From: Candidatus Saccharimonadota bacterium
GTDB taxonomy: Bacteria > Patescibacteriota > Saccharimonadia > Saccharimonadales > Saccharimonadaceae
NCBI GenBank assembly: GCA_016700015.1
Contig: CP064995.1
Span: 750,001 to 782,000, forward strand
Length of the DNA: 32,000 bases
Reading direction: 5' to 3'
Below the pieces are notes generated by a model. That model was not told the origin of the DNA, did no database searches, and saw nothing but the letters and a program-made list of their open reading frames with translations. Position numbers and translations under genes: made by a program. Positions 21,156-29,300 of this stretch are shown here, in pieces; the first letter of the stretch is position 1, and each line of letters begins with the position of its first letter.

Positions 21156-22883
21156 CTATTGACCAGGTATCTTGAACTGAGCTGGGTCGGCAGTCACCGC
21201 AGGAGCAGCCGGAGTAATGGGTGGTGGACCAAGTATGCTACCAAGAGTATCGGGTACCGAAGCGCTCCCAAGCGGGCCAGCTGTTTCACCTGGAAGTGGT
21301 GGCAGGGTCGAAAAGTCTGGCATAGGTGGCAGGGTCGGTAATCCAAGCGGCGGGGCAGCTGGGGGTGAACTTGGTACTAACCCTGCTGGAACAGGATTAG
21401 GCGCGCCACCAATAACTGGCGGGCCAAAGGCTTGGTTGACAGCATCCATCGCTTCACTATGGTTTGCTCGATTCTGAGCATCAATTTCTGCAAGCGTTGG
21501 CGACGACACACTTGGCGCGGGCGGCTGAATTGCATCAACATGTGCCGTAGGTGGCACCGATATGTTACCAGCAAAGACGTCTTGCACCGACGGCTCGTTG
21601 TCGGCCTGATCAATCGTGCCATTAATTGGCGCCTGATAGGTTGGGGCACCGGACATATAGCCACTCCCACCATGACTTAGGATGGTGTGGTTTCGATCGT
21701 CAGCAACTTCACGACGTTTTTCTTCAGCAGCAATCTCGGTTGTCGCGTTAAGTGTGCCTCCAAGACTTGGTTCATAGGCCTCTTGCTCTGTTTTTGTTTT
21801 CCACTGATCCATGGCCACTGGCCCACGCAGAGGGGCATTCTGATCAACAGCTACATTCATAGCTGGCGCGGCACTCGGTACAGACGGTGCAGTTAGCGGA
21901 GCTATGTCGGCCTGTTTGGCGATTTCTTCCTCAGCTCGGCTAATCGCCGCCTGGGATTCTTTGGCTGCCACTTGTTTTGTAACTTCCTCGACGTTTCCCT
22001 CTGGAACATGCGAGATGGATAGCGCGCCGGCATCTTCTTTCTTCGCTAAGGCTGGCTCAGCTTTATCGACTTTCGCCGACTCGCCTTCCTTCATATCACC
22101 ATTGTCTTTTAAGGGAGTCGAGATCGCGTTGTCCGCCTGTAATTTCGTCGCAACCAACTGCTGGTTGGCGCCTGCCGACATGAGTTGTGCGGCAATTGTC
22201 ATGACAGCTGCATTCGTGTGGTCGTTGCTAAACCTATCAGTAGCGGCAACAATTCCTGTCAGAAATGCCGTCGCAATTTGTTCATCGATGATCGCCTTAT
22301 CTGTCTTGAGTGCTTCAGCGAGGCTAAATAGCATTTCAGAGAAACTGCTCGCCTTGGTGTCTGACCACTCAATTCCGCCAAGGTTACTTGGCGTATCAAG
22401 CGACACCGCCGCCACCGTTGCATCATGCAAAATTTTGCCATGACTTTGCAAGGCCTTATCGAGATCTTCTTCCTTTTTGACACCAATAGCCAGCACAAAT
22501 TCAACATTGTAATCACCTTGGCTAAAATCGAGATCGTTCTGGCTGATCGTAGTACGATACGGCGTGATAAAGATTTTCACCATGTCATCGACAACTTTGT
22601 AGCGCAAGTGGTCGGCCTTCTCCTTACTAAGAGCAATGATGAAATCTCGCAGACTATCTACCGTATTCTCAAATGTTTTGGCCGGCTCCAAAAACTCGAT
22701 CGCCGGAGGAATTGCACCGCTAAACACCGCTGTAGCGTGTTTGTCGAGCTTGTTGATCAGCAGCGTAATCGCCAGTGCCGCACTCAGCTCATCGACAGTT
22801 GGGTTACTATTAACCGTCACCAGCACATTGTTGCTGTCTTTTATTTTGTCGACAATCTGTTGCTTAACGCTGGTGTCTGCCAT
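21156..22883 (-). CDS. DHH/NrnA-like protein with apparently degenerate catalytic motifs and a long Pro/Ala-rich C-terminal tail
   Basis: 575 aa. The N-terminal ~330 aa follow the NrnA layout by eye (VTVNSNPTVDELSAALAITLLINKLDKHATAVFSG; FLTGIVAATDRFSNDHTN). It sits directly upstream of truB, where DHH phosphoesterases occur in many bacteria. The C-terminal ~240 aa are low-complexity (PPAAPPLGLPTLPPMPDFSTLPPLPG). Confidence 0.55.
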   Translation of the reverse strand: MADTSVKQQIVDKIKDSNNVLVTVNSNPTVDELSAALAITLLINKLDKHATAVFSGAIPPAIEFLEPAKTFENTVDSLRDFIIALSKEKADHLRYKVVDDMVKIFITPYRTTISQNDLDFSQGDYNVEFVLAIGVKKEEDLDKALQSHGKILHDATVAAVSLDTPSNLGGIEWSDTKASSFSEMLFSLAEALKTDKAIIDEQIATAFLTGIVAATDRFSNDHTNAAVMTIAAQLMSAGANQQLVATKLQADNAISTPLKDNGDMKEGESAKVDKAEPALAKKEDAGALSISHVPEGNVEEVTKQVAAKESQAAISRAEEEIAKQADIAPLTAPSVPSAAPAMNVAVDQNAPLRGPVAMDQWKTKTEQEAYEPSLGGTLNATTEIAAEEKRREVADDRNHTILSHGGSGYMSGAPTYQAPINGTIDQADNEPSVQDVFAGNISVPPTAHVDAIQPPAPSVSSPTLAEIDAQNRANHSEAMDAVNQAFGPPVIGGAPNPVPAGLVPSSPPAAPPLGLPTLPPMPDFSTLPPLPGETAGPLGSASVPDTLGSILGPPPITPAAPAVTADPAQFKIPGQ

Positions 22884-22921
22884 TGGTGTTCCTGTTGTTT
22901 CTTTTATCAGAGTTTGAATTC

Positions 22922-22951
22922 ACTATACCATAAGTGATTTACAGGCGTCAA
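22922..22951 (-). promoter_or_regulatory. Promoter TTGACG-18-TGgTATAGT for the DHH-like/truB unit
   Basis: The reverse complement of 22946-22951 is TTGACG, and of 22922-22930 is TGGTATAGT. Confidence 0.5.
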
Positions 22952-22966
22952 CAACTTGCTCACACT

Positions 22967-22994
22967 TTACAAACAGGGGTTATTCGTCTATAAT
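22967..22994 (+). promoter_or_regulatory. Promoter TTACAA-16-TATAAT for rpsT
   Basis: TTACAA at 22967-22972 and TATAAT at 22989-22994. An AAGGA Shine-Dalgarno lies 8 nt upstream of the ATG. Confidence 0.55.
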
Positions 22995-23042
22995 CAGCTG
23001 TTGATTGTAATAATAAGCTAGTAACAAGCGAAGGAACCTCCT

Positions 23043-23399
23043 ATGCCAATCATCAAATCAGCCATAAAACGCATGAAACAGACTGCAAAGCGCCGAGAGC
23101 GCAATGTTAGCATAAAGCGTGACATCAAATCTGCAGTTAAAGCATTCACCGCAAAGCCAAGCAGCGAAACGCTGAGTGCTGCTCAGAGCGAAATCGACAC
23201 TGCGGTAAAGAAAAAACTACTTAACAAGGCAACGGCTGCACGCCGCAAGGCCGGCCTCGCCAAAACTGCCAAACAAGCAGGTGTAAAACTCGCCGCTAAG
23301 AAAAAGGTTGTAGCAAAACCAGCCGCTGTCAAAAAGCCAGCTGCCAAGCCTGTCGCAACCAAAAAAGCTCCTGTAAAAAAGCCTGTAGCCAAAAAATAA
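23043..23399 (+). CDS. rpsT: 30S ribosomal protein S20 with Lys/Ala/Pro-rich C-terminal extension
   Basis: MPIIKSAIKRMKQTAKRRERNVSIKRDIKSAVKAF is the canonical S20 N-terminus. The last ~35 residues are AKKKVVAKPAAVKKPAAKPVATKKAPVKKPVAKK. Confidence 0.9.
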   Translation: MPIIKSAIKRMKQTAKRRERNVSIKRDIKSAVKAFTAKPSSETLSAAQSEIDTAVKKKLLNKATAARRKAGLAKTAKQAGVKLAAKKKVVAKPAAVKKPAAKPVATKKAPVKKPVAKK

Positions 23400-23416
23400 C
23401 CTTTAGACTATCAAAC

Positions 23417-23446
23417 AAAACCCGCCGCATTTGCGGCGGGTTTTTT
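23417..23446. terminator. Bidirectional rho-independent terminator between rpsT and the deaminase gene
   Basis: aaaa-CCCGCCGC-attt-GCGGCGGG-tttttt. An 8-bp GC stem flanked by an A-run and a T-run, between convergent stops at 23399 and 23455. Confidence 0.8.
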
Positions 23447-23454
23447 CAGCAGAG

Positions 23455-23970
23455 TTACGCGAGCCGCGGATCAACCATTTTGCCGTTACGCAGTAATTCA
23501 GGCAGTGCAAGGTACTCGAATGAGATCTCAGTTATTGTAACCCCAGAATGGCGGAGAATTTCATCACCCACGAGGATATTTTCGATCCAGTGATCGTTGG
23601 TGTGATTGAGTGGTAAGCGAACAATCTCACGTACGCCCATTTCAGCAATCGCACGATCACAGTCCGTGCAGCCAATCCACGCGGCAACAAGTGTTGAGTC
23701 GACAACTCGGCGACCACGACGCACTGCATCGTGAAGGGCGCGACGTTCAGCGTGCTCAGTAATTTCGTATTTCCGTGGACGTTCATGGTTTTTGGGGTCA
23801 TCTGCATCAAAACCAGGCATGAGAGAATTCCAACCTCGTCCAATGACCTCACCCGTTTCACCGAGTAACACCGCACCAGTCCATGACGAACGATCGGTGC
23901 TGTGCTGAACCGCAAGCCGGCACGCCTCAAGCATTGCCTCATCGATGACTTCTTGTCCAAAACCTCGCAT
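23455..23970 (-). CDS. Deoxycytidylate (dCMP)/cytidine deaminase family zinc enzyme
   Basis: HAERRAL (H-A-E) and GCTDCDRAI (C-x-x-C) zinc motifs at the correct spacing. Start chosen at ATG 23970 (MRGFGQEVIDEAML...). The track start at 24057 would overlap holA by 46 nt. Confidence 0.75.
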   Translation of the reverse strand: MRGFGQEVIDEAMLEACRLAVQHSTDRSSWTGAVLLGETGEVIGRGWNSLMPGFDADDPKNHERPRKYEITEHAERRALHDAVRRGRRVVDSTLVAAWIGCTDCDRAIAEMGVREIVRLPLNHTNDHWIENILVGDEILRHSGVTITEISFEYLALPELLRNGKMVDPRLA

Positions 23971-24011
23971 ATACACAATAGTATGCACTCCACTGGTTGA
24001 GCGAGCAAGCA

Positions 24012-24986
24012 CTAGCGCGTCGCAATAGAAATGAGCAGCCGATCGACTGCATCCCATGGAGCAATATGTGATAGCTTCATATTGGCATCGAGGCTAGCGG
24101 CAAGACCCAATATACTGCGTAACTCGGCGCGGGTTATTTGCTTCGAAAGTGCTGCGAGCTTCTGTGCTACATAGGGATGGATGCCAAATGCGATCGCCTC
24201 CCCCTCTGCCATTACAACTGTAGCATACTGTACAAGTTGCCCTATCAGCAGCGCATAAACCTTTTGCGGCTCTTCACTCAGCCTTAGGTTCTCAACCATG
24301 CGCCTAGTCGCTGCGCTGTCGCGTCGTACGGCGAGCTCAAACAGTTCAAATATATTCTCGTTGGTATTTGGTGGCAGTACGGCATCAATTGACGAGCTGG
24401 TGACTTCAGGCAGTGCAGACAGCGCCTCGAGCGCTACGTAGAGCCGCATCTGGTCAATAACGTAGCGCCCCGGCCTGTCTCCTGGAGTAAGTGCACGCTC
24501 AACCATCTGCTGCAACTGTGCTTTTTGGACCTTGCAACCAAGCGCTTTGGCTTCTCTAGCCAGCCATTCGATCGCTCGGTACGTATCCCGATCGGTTAGC
24601 GGATCACAGGTGATAACCATTGCCCCTGCTGCGATTGCTTTGTATGCTTTTGTTCGGCGGTCTGGGTACGCCTCACGCAGTACCATGTGGTTATCAGTGC
24701 TGGCTCGTGCGCACATATCGGCGCACAGCTGCCACATAGTAGTGTTTTCAGACAATGCGCGGATTACTGGTAACTCTGTTAGGCCAAAAAGCGACGAGCC
24801 GACCATGTAATCAGTCAGGATTGCTGCGTTGATCGTCTCGCCATCGATGCGCCGAATGACTAAGCCAGTCTCACGACTAATCCGCCGCACTTCTTGTTCG
24901 GCAAAATAATCGTTTGCTCCCGTAATCAGATATAACACCGTAGAACTATTGTACCACTTGACATGCTGAGCAGACGTGCGTGCCAC
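24012..24986 (-). CDS. holA: DNA polymerase III delta subunit (HolA)-like
   Basis: 324-aa ORF. N-terminus ...VLYLITGANDYFAEQEV resembles the HolA start, and the size and helical C-terminus fit. An alternative GTG start at 24938 lies 9 nt downstream of TGGTACAAT (24948-24956) and would remove the 41-nt overlap with mutM. Confidence 0.6.
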   Translation of the reverse strand: MARTSAQHVKWYNSSTVLYLITGANDYFAEQEVRRISRETGLVIRRIDGETINAAILTDYMVGSSLFGLTELPVIRALSENTTMWQLCADMCARASTDNHMVLREAYPDRRTKAYKAIAAGAMVITCDPLTDRDTYRAIEWLAREAKALGCKVQKAQLQQMVERALTPGDRPGRYVIDQMRLYVALEALSALPEVTSSSIDAVLPPNTNENIFELFELAVRRDSAATRRMVENLRLSEEPQKVYALLIGQLVQYATVVMAEGEAIAFGIHPYVAQKLAALSKQITRAELRSILGLAASLDANMKLSHIAPWDAVDRLLISIATR

Positions 24987-25818
24987 GCCCAGCTACGCGC
25001 AGCTTTTCAATCGTCACCGCACAGCGTGGACATGCTTGGCCTTCACGGCGAAATACGCGGGCAAAGTCGATATAGCTCCCTCGCTTGCCCTCAGCATTCA
25101 CATAGTTGCGATCGGTGCTGCCACCTTTTTCGATACTGAGATTCATAACGTACTTGATCTCATGAAGTAGCAGCGCCAATTGCTCATCGGTTAGCTCACG
25201 TACTCGCGTGGCTGGATGGATTTTTGCGCCCCACAGTGACTCGTCGGCGTAGATATTGCCAACTCCTGCTAGCACCGTCTGGTCGAGGATAGCAGCTTTG
25301 ATTGTCGTGTTGCTGCGACGGCAGACACGTGGAATAAACTCGTTGCTCGTAAACGCTTCTTCGAGTGGTTCCGGCCCAACCCGCTGCATAAAATCAATAT
25401 TCGGCACCTCCAAGGTAGGGTGCAATTTCATCCAACCAAATTTACGCTGATCATTGAAGTAGAGGTGTGAACCGTCATCAAACGTAATGTCGACACGCGT
25501 ACTCCGATCTGGAAGCTCGCCAACAAGTGAATCGTTTGGATGCCCTGCACCAAAAACTTGCTCACCGCGATATACTAATTGTCCAGTCATTTTGAGGTGT
25601 ATCACTAGTGTATAGCCGCTACCTAGCTCAATCAGCAATACTTTCGCGCGACGGCGGATTGCCACGACCCGCGCACCATAAAGAAACTCTCTGACATCTG
25701 TGGGATTATTGGGAAAACTCTTGGGTGAGTCGATGCAGTGTGCACGAGTAATTTTAAGGCCGACAATAAGCCCTTCTAGGCCCCGACGGACGGTTTCAAC
25801 CTCTGGTAGTTCAGGCAC
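24946..25818 (-). CDS. mutM: Formamidopyrimidine-DNA glycosylase (Fpg/MutM)
   Basis: Fpg requires N-terminal Met-Pro-Glu-Leu-Pro-Glu-Val. The only compatible start is GTG 25818, giving (M)PELPEVETVRRGLE. C-terminal zinc finger CPRCAVTIEKLRVAGRGTHVCSACQ. The track start at 25887 adds 23 residues. Confidence 0.9.
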   Translation of the reverse strand: MPELPEVETVRRGLEGLIVGLKITRAHCIDSPKSFPNNPTDVREFLYGARVVAIRRRAKVLLIELGSGYTLVIHLKMTGQLVYRGEQVFGAGHPNDSLVGELPDRSTRVDITFDDGSHLYFNDQRKFGWMKLHPTLEVPNIDFMQRVGPEPLEEAFTSNEFIPRVCRRSNTTIKAAILDQTVLAGVGNIYADESLWGAKIHPATRVRELTDEQLALLLHEIKYVMNLSIEKGGSTDRNYVNAEGKRGSYIDFARVFRREGQACPRCAVTIEKLRVAGRGTHVCSACQVVQ

Positions 25819-25834
25819 GGAAGTATTGCACTTT

Positions 25835-26755
25835 CTAGGGCTGACCATTCCGCGTATAGCTTGCAAGCAACTCAATCTGCCGCACAATCGCTACTAGCGA
25901 CCATGTGTGAGAGTAGTAACCAAAATGCGTCACATTGGTCCGCTTTACATCAATCGGTGGCATAGTATCTGGTACTTTAATCGCATTCACCACCGTCATA
26001 ATACCCTCTTCGGGGCATATGTTGTCTTCGGAACCAATCATTACACTCAGTGGAATACCTTGGTCAGTAACTCTTTGTAGTTTAGACGCCACTAGCGCTG
26101 GGTCTGTACCGGTAATAGCGGCGACATCGTTTCGCAGTGCCAGCGGCCGTGTGAAAAGTGAATAGCCCAGTCCAAGCGCTGCCTGTGCAAGGCCAATCTT
26201 GCCCGGAATGTCTTCTTTACGCAAACTATATAGACCTTCGCGCACACCTTTGCTCATCATAGTATGCGGCCGCTCGCCCGGTGTTAGCCACGCCGGCCCT
26301 GCAAACGATAAGCCCTGTACAGACTCAGGGGTTGCCAGAGCAGCATCGATGATCGCTTCATTGCCCCGGGAGTACCCATGCAGCACTGTTATCCAGTCGC
26401 TACCTTTTTCTTGCAGTATCGCTTCAAGCGCGGTCATGAAGGCTTCGCGGCGATAGGCAGGCTCGTCGCGTACCGACATTGCAATACGGTGGTCGGGATA
26501 TGTGACACCCGCAACTAAAAAGTTTCCGCCATCGGCAAGCGCACTACTAGCCGCCCTCACCATCGCTTCGTCCTCTGCCCATCCCTGTGAATACGGAACC
26601 AGCACATCAGGTGAGCCATAGCGTTGCTGCGTAAAAACTGATGGGTTGAAAATATGCAGAATCATCCGCCCAAATTGGGTTTCAACATCGATCTTTTCTT
26701 CGCGAACGGCCAGCGTATCGCGAGCAAAACTTGTCGCATCAATCACTCGTACCAT
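25835..26755 (-). CDS. Alpha/beta-fold hydrolase
   Basis: 306 aa with nucleophile elbow HGYSRGN (G-x-S-x-G). The overall length and pattern fit an alpha/beta hydrolase. A TATAAT (26765-26770) lies 9 nt upstream of the ATG. Confidence 0.65.
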   Translation of the reverse strand: MVRVIDATSFARDTLAVREEKIDVETQFGRMILHIFNPSVFTQQRYGSPDVLVPYSQGWAEDEAMVRAASSALADGGNFLVAGVTYPDHRIAMSVRDEPAYRREAFMTALEAILQEKGSDWITVLHGYSRGNEAIIDAALATPESVQGLSFAGPAWLTPGERPHTMMSKGVREGLYSLRKEDIPGKIGLAQAALGLGYSLFTRPLALRNDVAAITGTDPALVASKLQRVTDQGIPLSVMIGSEDNICPEEGIMTVVNAIKVPDTMPPIDVKRTNVTHFGYYSHTWSLVAIVRQIELLASYTRNGQP

Positions 26756-26807
26756 AGTATTTTCATTATACGCTTAGTAGCTGAGCATAGGTAGTGCCCT
26801 ACTACGT

Positions 26808-29300
26808 TTAGAAGCTATACGGTGATTTCACCCCGTCGACCACAGCTTGGCCACCGCGCGTTTTTTGGTCTAGCGTTGGCCCACCTGCTGATGCAAAGCT
26901 GATCTCGGGAATATTCGTGTAGGTATCGAGTAGACCGCCGCTACTTTTGACTGTTCTGAGGCAATAGGTTTTGCCGGCCGCCGCACCTGTAGTAGTAAAA
27001 ACAAAATCCCACAGTCCGTCACTACCATTTGCAATCGACGAACTTACCACAAATGGATCTGTCTCGTAATATGCCTGCAACACTGTAGGCCTCGCTCCAT
27101 TCACTGGGTCATTGCCCCCGCTCGAGATCACCGCACCACTTGCAACGGACGTATTGTCAAAGTACTGTAAAGTACCGTTTGACTGTGGTACCCGGTAGTA
27201 GACCTTTTCTTGAAAACCATCGACAAACATTGCTGGTGCTTGTGGCAAGCTGGGTAGTTGCACCTGGAAGTTGATGCCAATCCCTGTTCCATTAATTTGC
27301 GTTGCCGATGTTATACCCCAGCTGTCAGTGGCACTCCCAAATATTTCTTGTGATCCAGTAGATAAGCTGCCCGATCCACTTGAGTATATATTGTCGCCAT
27401 TATTACCAGTAATCATAAGCCCAAATGAGTTCCCAGAAGGAGATTCACTGCCCTGCACTGTCAATTCAATCCCGTCTATGATCGCCGACGTAGGTATGTT
27501 GAAGTTAAATCCCGTTACATTTAGTATTTTAGTGACTTGCCCGACAGAGTTTGCAATACCAGTTACCATTGCGTCAGTATTGTCGATAAGTCTAGCATTT
27601 GCTTCATTTACCCACGCAATTCCAATCCCAGATGAGCTTAGTGACGATGGATCTTGCGTATCAGTCATCGCCACTAGTTGCATAAAGTCCGTGTAAGATT
27701 CACCAGAAAACGCGGTGTCACATGACCCGGACTTCTCTGCGTACTGTAGCTTGAAGTCCTGGGCCGACGCAGGTAGAGCAGCGACATTAATGGCCAGTCT
27801 CTGGCGCAAACGTATTGGTGTTCCTGTGGCAACATTTGTTATTGGCGTATCCTGCGCGACCAAAGGCGCACCCGGCGTAGCACTATCGGCATTGGTGAAC
27901 CAGCGGTAGTTAGCTTGCGTGATGGTTGGTGTAGCTACCACAATCTCGGGCATGACACTATACGAGCCGTTCAATACTGCACCAAATCCATCGACAATCC
28001 TCATACAGTAGCGCTGACCAAAGCTTGCTCCCGAAGTGCTTAGTACGATATCCCATAGTCCGTCCTGACCTGCAGGTATAGTGCTAGCCATCGTCATGGT
28101 CGCCGACTCATGGTAGCGTTGTCCGACAGCAGTGATACCACTGCGCGTTGGGTCATTGGCGCTAGTCACATAAGTAGCTCCATCTGCTGGAGTGGGGTTA
28201 GTACTGTACCGAACGACAGTTGAAGCAGTAACATTTGCGTATGTCTCACTAGTAAAGGAGCTGTCGCATACGTTGTCAGCCCCACGAGCGGCAAACTGAA
28301 GTGTGTAGGTACGAGTGGTCACTGCTGTTGCCATTGAGCCCCCGCTCGCCACCCCAAGATTGATGCGTAGCCGAAACTGAGCGTCCTTTTCGACTGAGGC
28401 TGCGGTATCAATAGCAGCAAGTGGCGTCGACGCTGTCGTGCTATCGGTATTCGCGAACAGTCGGTATGATGCCTGTGAAATCGTTGGAGCAGGTTTTAGC
28501 GCAATTAAATGGCCAATATTTACCGCAGTAGCGGCGGCTGTCATCGTCTTTGTGCCAGATGCTCCACTTGTTGCTTGCAAGACATACTGCGTGCCGCTTG
28601 TCGTACGAGTCGCAGCCGAACCCCCCGTGCTTGCATCTTGCCCTGCAAGGGTCATACTACTCCCGACGGTGACCGTGGTACCGGTTGCCGTGCTATAGGC
28701 AGCAACAAGCATGGCGTTGGGCACTGTTGTTGTGACCGATGGCGCGATCATCGCTGTGTTCGAGGCATTTGCCTGGCTACCGGCGACATCGATCGGGTCA
28801 CCTATATCAACACCCGTAAAGCCAACGATCACGCCAGATGCTTTCTGAGTACCGTTAAAGGTAAAGACGTACGGGCCTGAATCACTCGGGCCAACAATCT
28901 TGTAGTACGTGGTGCTCTTGAGGGTTGTAGTGCTGTCTGCACTTCCACTTGGTACGGCTTTCCAATCATACGGCGCTGATTGCGTTGGTGGAGTAATCGT
29001 AGTACCCGTGCCACCTCGGACCGACACAACGGCTATAAGAACATCGCCAGCGAGAGTTCCTGTCGGTTGAGCTATCGAGAGAGTTGTCGCACCAGCCGCA
29101 TTGTTGCCAGTTCCTGCGGCACGGTACGCCACCGCCGCACTAACTGGCCGCATGACGAGTACTGTTATCAATAAAACTAAGACAACTACAGCCACAACCC
29201 GAGGGGATCGCCTGTGCAAGAGTCTCAGCAGGTTATTAGAACTTCTTCTTATACGCAAAGCTGATCTCCCCCGCACGTGCATAGTTATTCTGTCCAGCAA
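26808..29300 (-). CDS. Large secreted repeat protein (surface/adhesin-like) with duplicated module and nested insertion
   Basis: 830 aa with a signal/anchor sequence (RRSPRVVAVVVLVLLITVLVMRPVSA/AVA). Module aa ~273-455 (ASYRLFANTDS ... DGLWDIVLSTSG..RYCMRIV ... MPEIVVA) recurs at aa ~458-540 plus ~701-803 (ANYRWFTNADS ... DGLWDFVFTTTG..TYCLRTV ... IPEISFA). The start is uncertain: 29300, 29282, or a TTG just after the upstream stop. Confidence 0.8.
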   Translation of the reverse strand: MLDRITMHVRGRSALRIRRSSNNLLRLLHRRSPRVVAVVVLVLLITVLVMRPVSAAVAYRAAGTGNNAAGATTLSIAQPTGTLAGDVLIAVVSVRGGTGTTITPPTQSAPYDWKAVPSGSADSTTTLKSTTYYKIVGPSDSGPYVFTFNGTQKASGVIVGFTGVDIGDPIDVAGSQANASNTAMIAPSVTTTVPNAMLVAAYSTATGTTVTVGSSMTLAGQDASTGGSAATRTTSGTQYVLQATSGASGTKTMTAAATAVNIGHLIALKPAPTISQASYRLFANTDSTTASTPLAAIDTAASVEKDAQFRLRINLGVASGGSMATAVTTRTYTLQFAARGADNVCDSSFTSETYANVTASTVVRYSTNPTPADGATYVTSANDPTRSGITAVGQRYHESATMTMASTIPAGQDGLWDIVLSTSGASFGQRYCMRIVDGFGAVLNGSYSVMPEIVVATPTITQANYRWFTNADSATPGAPLVAQDTPITNVATGTPIRLRQRLAINVAALPASAQDFKLQYAEKSGSCDTAFSGESYTDFMQLVAMTDTQDPSSLSSSGIGIAWVNEANARLIDNTDAMVTGIANSVGQVTKILNVTGFNFNIPTSAIIDGIELTVQGSESPSGNSFGLMITGNNGDNIYSSGSGSLSTGSQEIFGSATDSWGITSATQINGTGIGINFQVQLPSLPQAPAMFVDGFQEKVYYRVPQSNGTLQYFDNTSVASGAVISSGGNDPVNGARPTVLQAYYETDPFVVSSSIANGSDGLWDFVFTTTGAAAGKTYCLRTVKSSGGLLDTYTNIPEISFASAGGPTLDQKTRGGQAVVDGVKSPYSF

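Noticed and set aside
23183-23392. 69-aa minus-strand ORF antisense to the rpsT tail.
   Set aside because: It is the mirror image of the Lys/Ala-rich S20 tail (Phe/Leu/Ala-rich translation). It has no start context and is fully contained in a conserved ribosomal protein gene.
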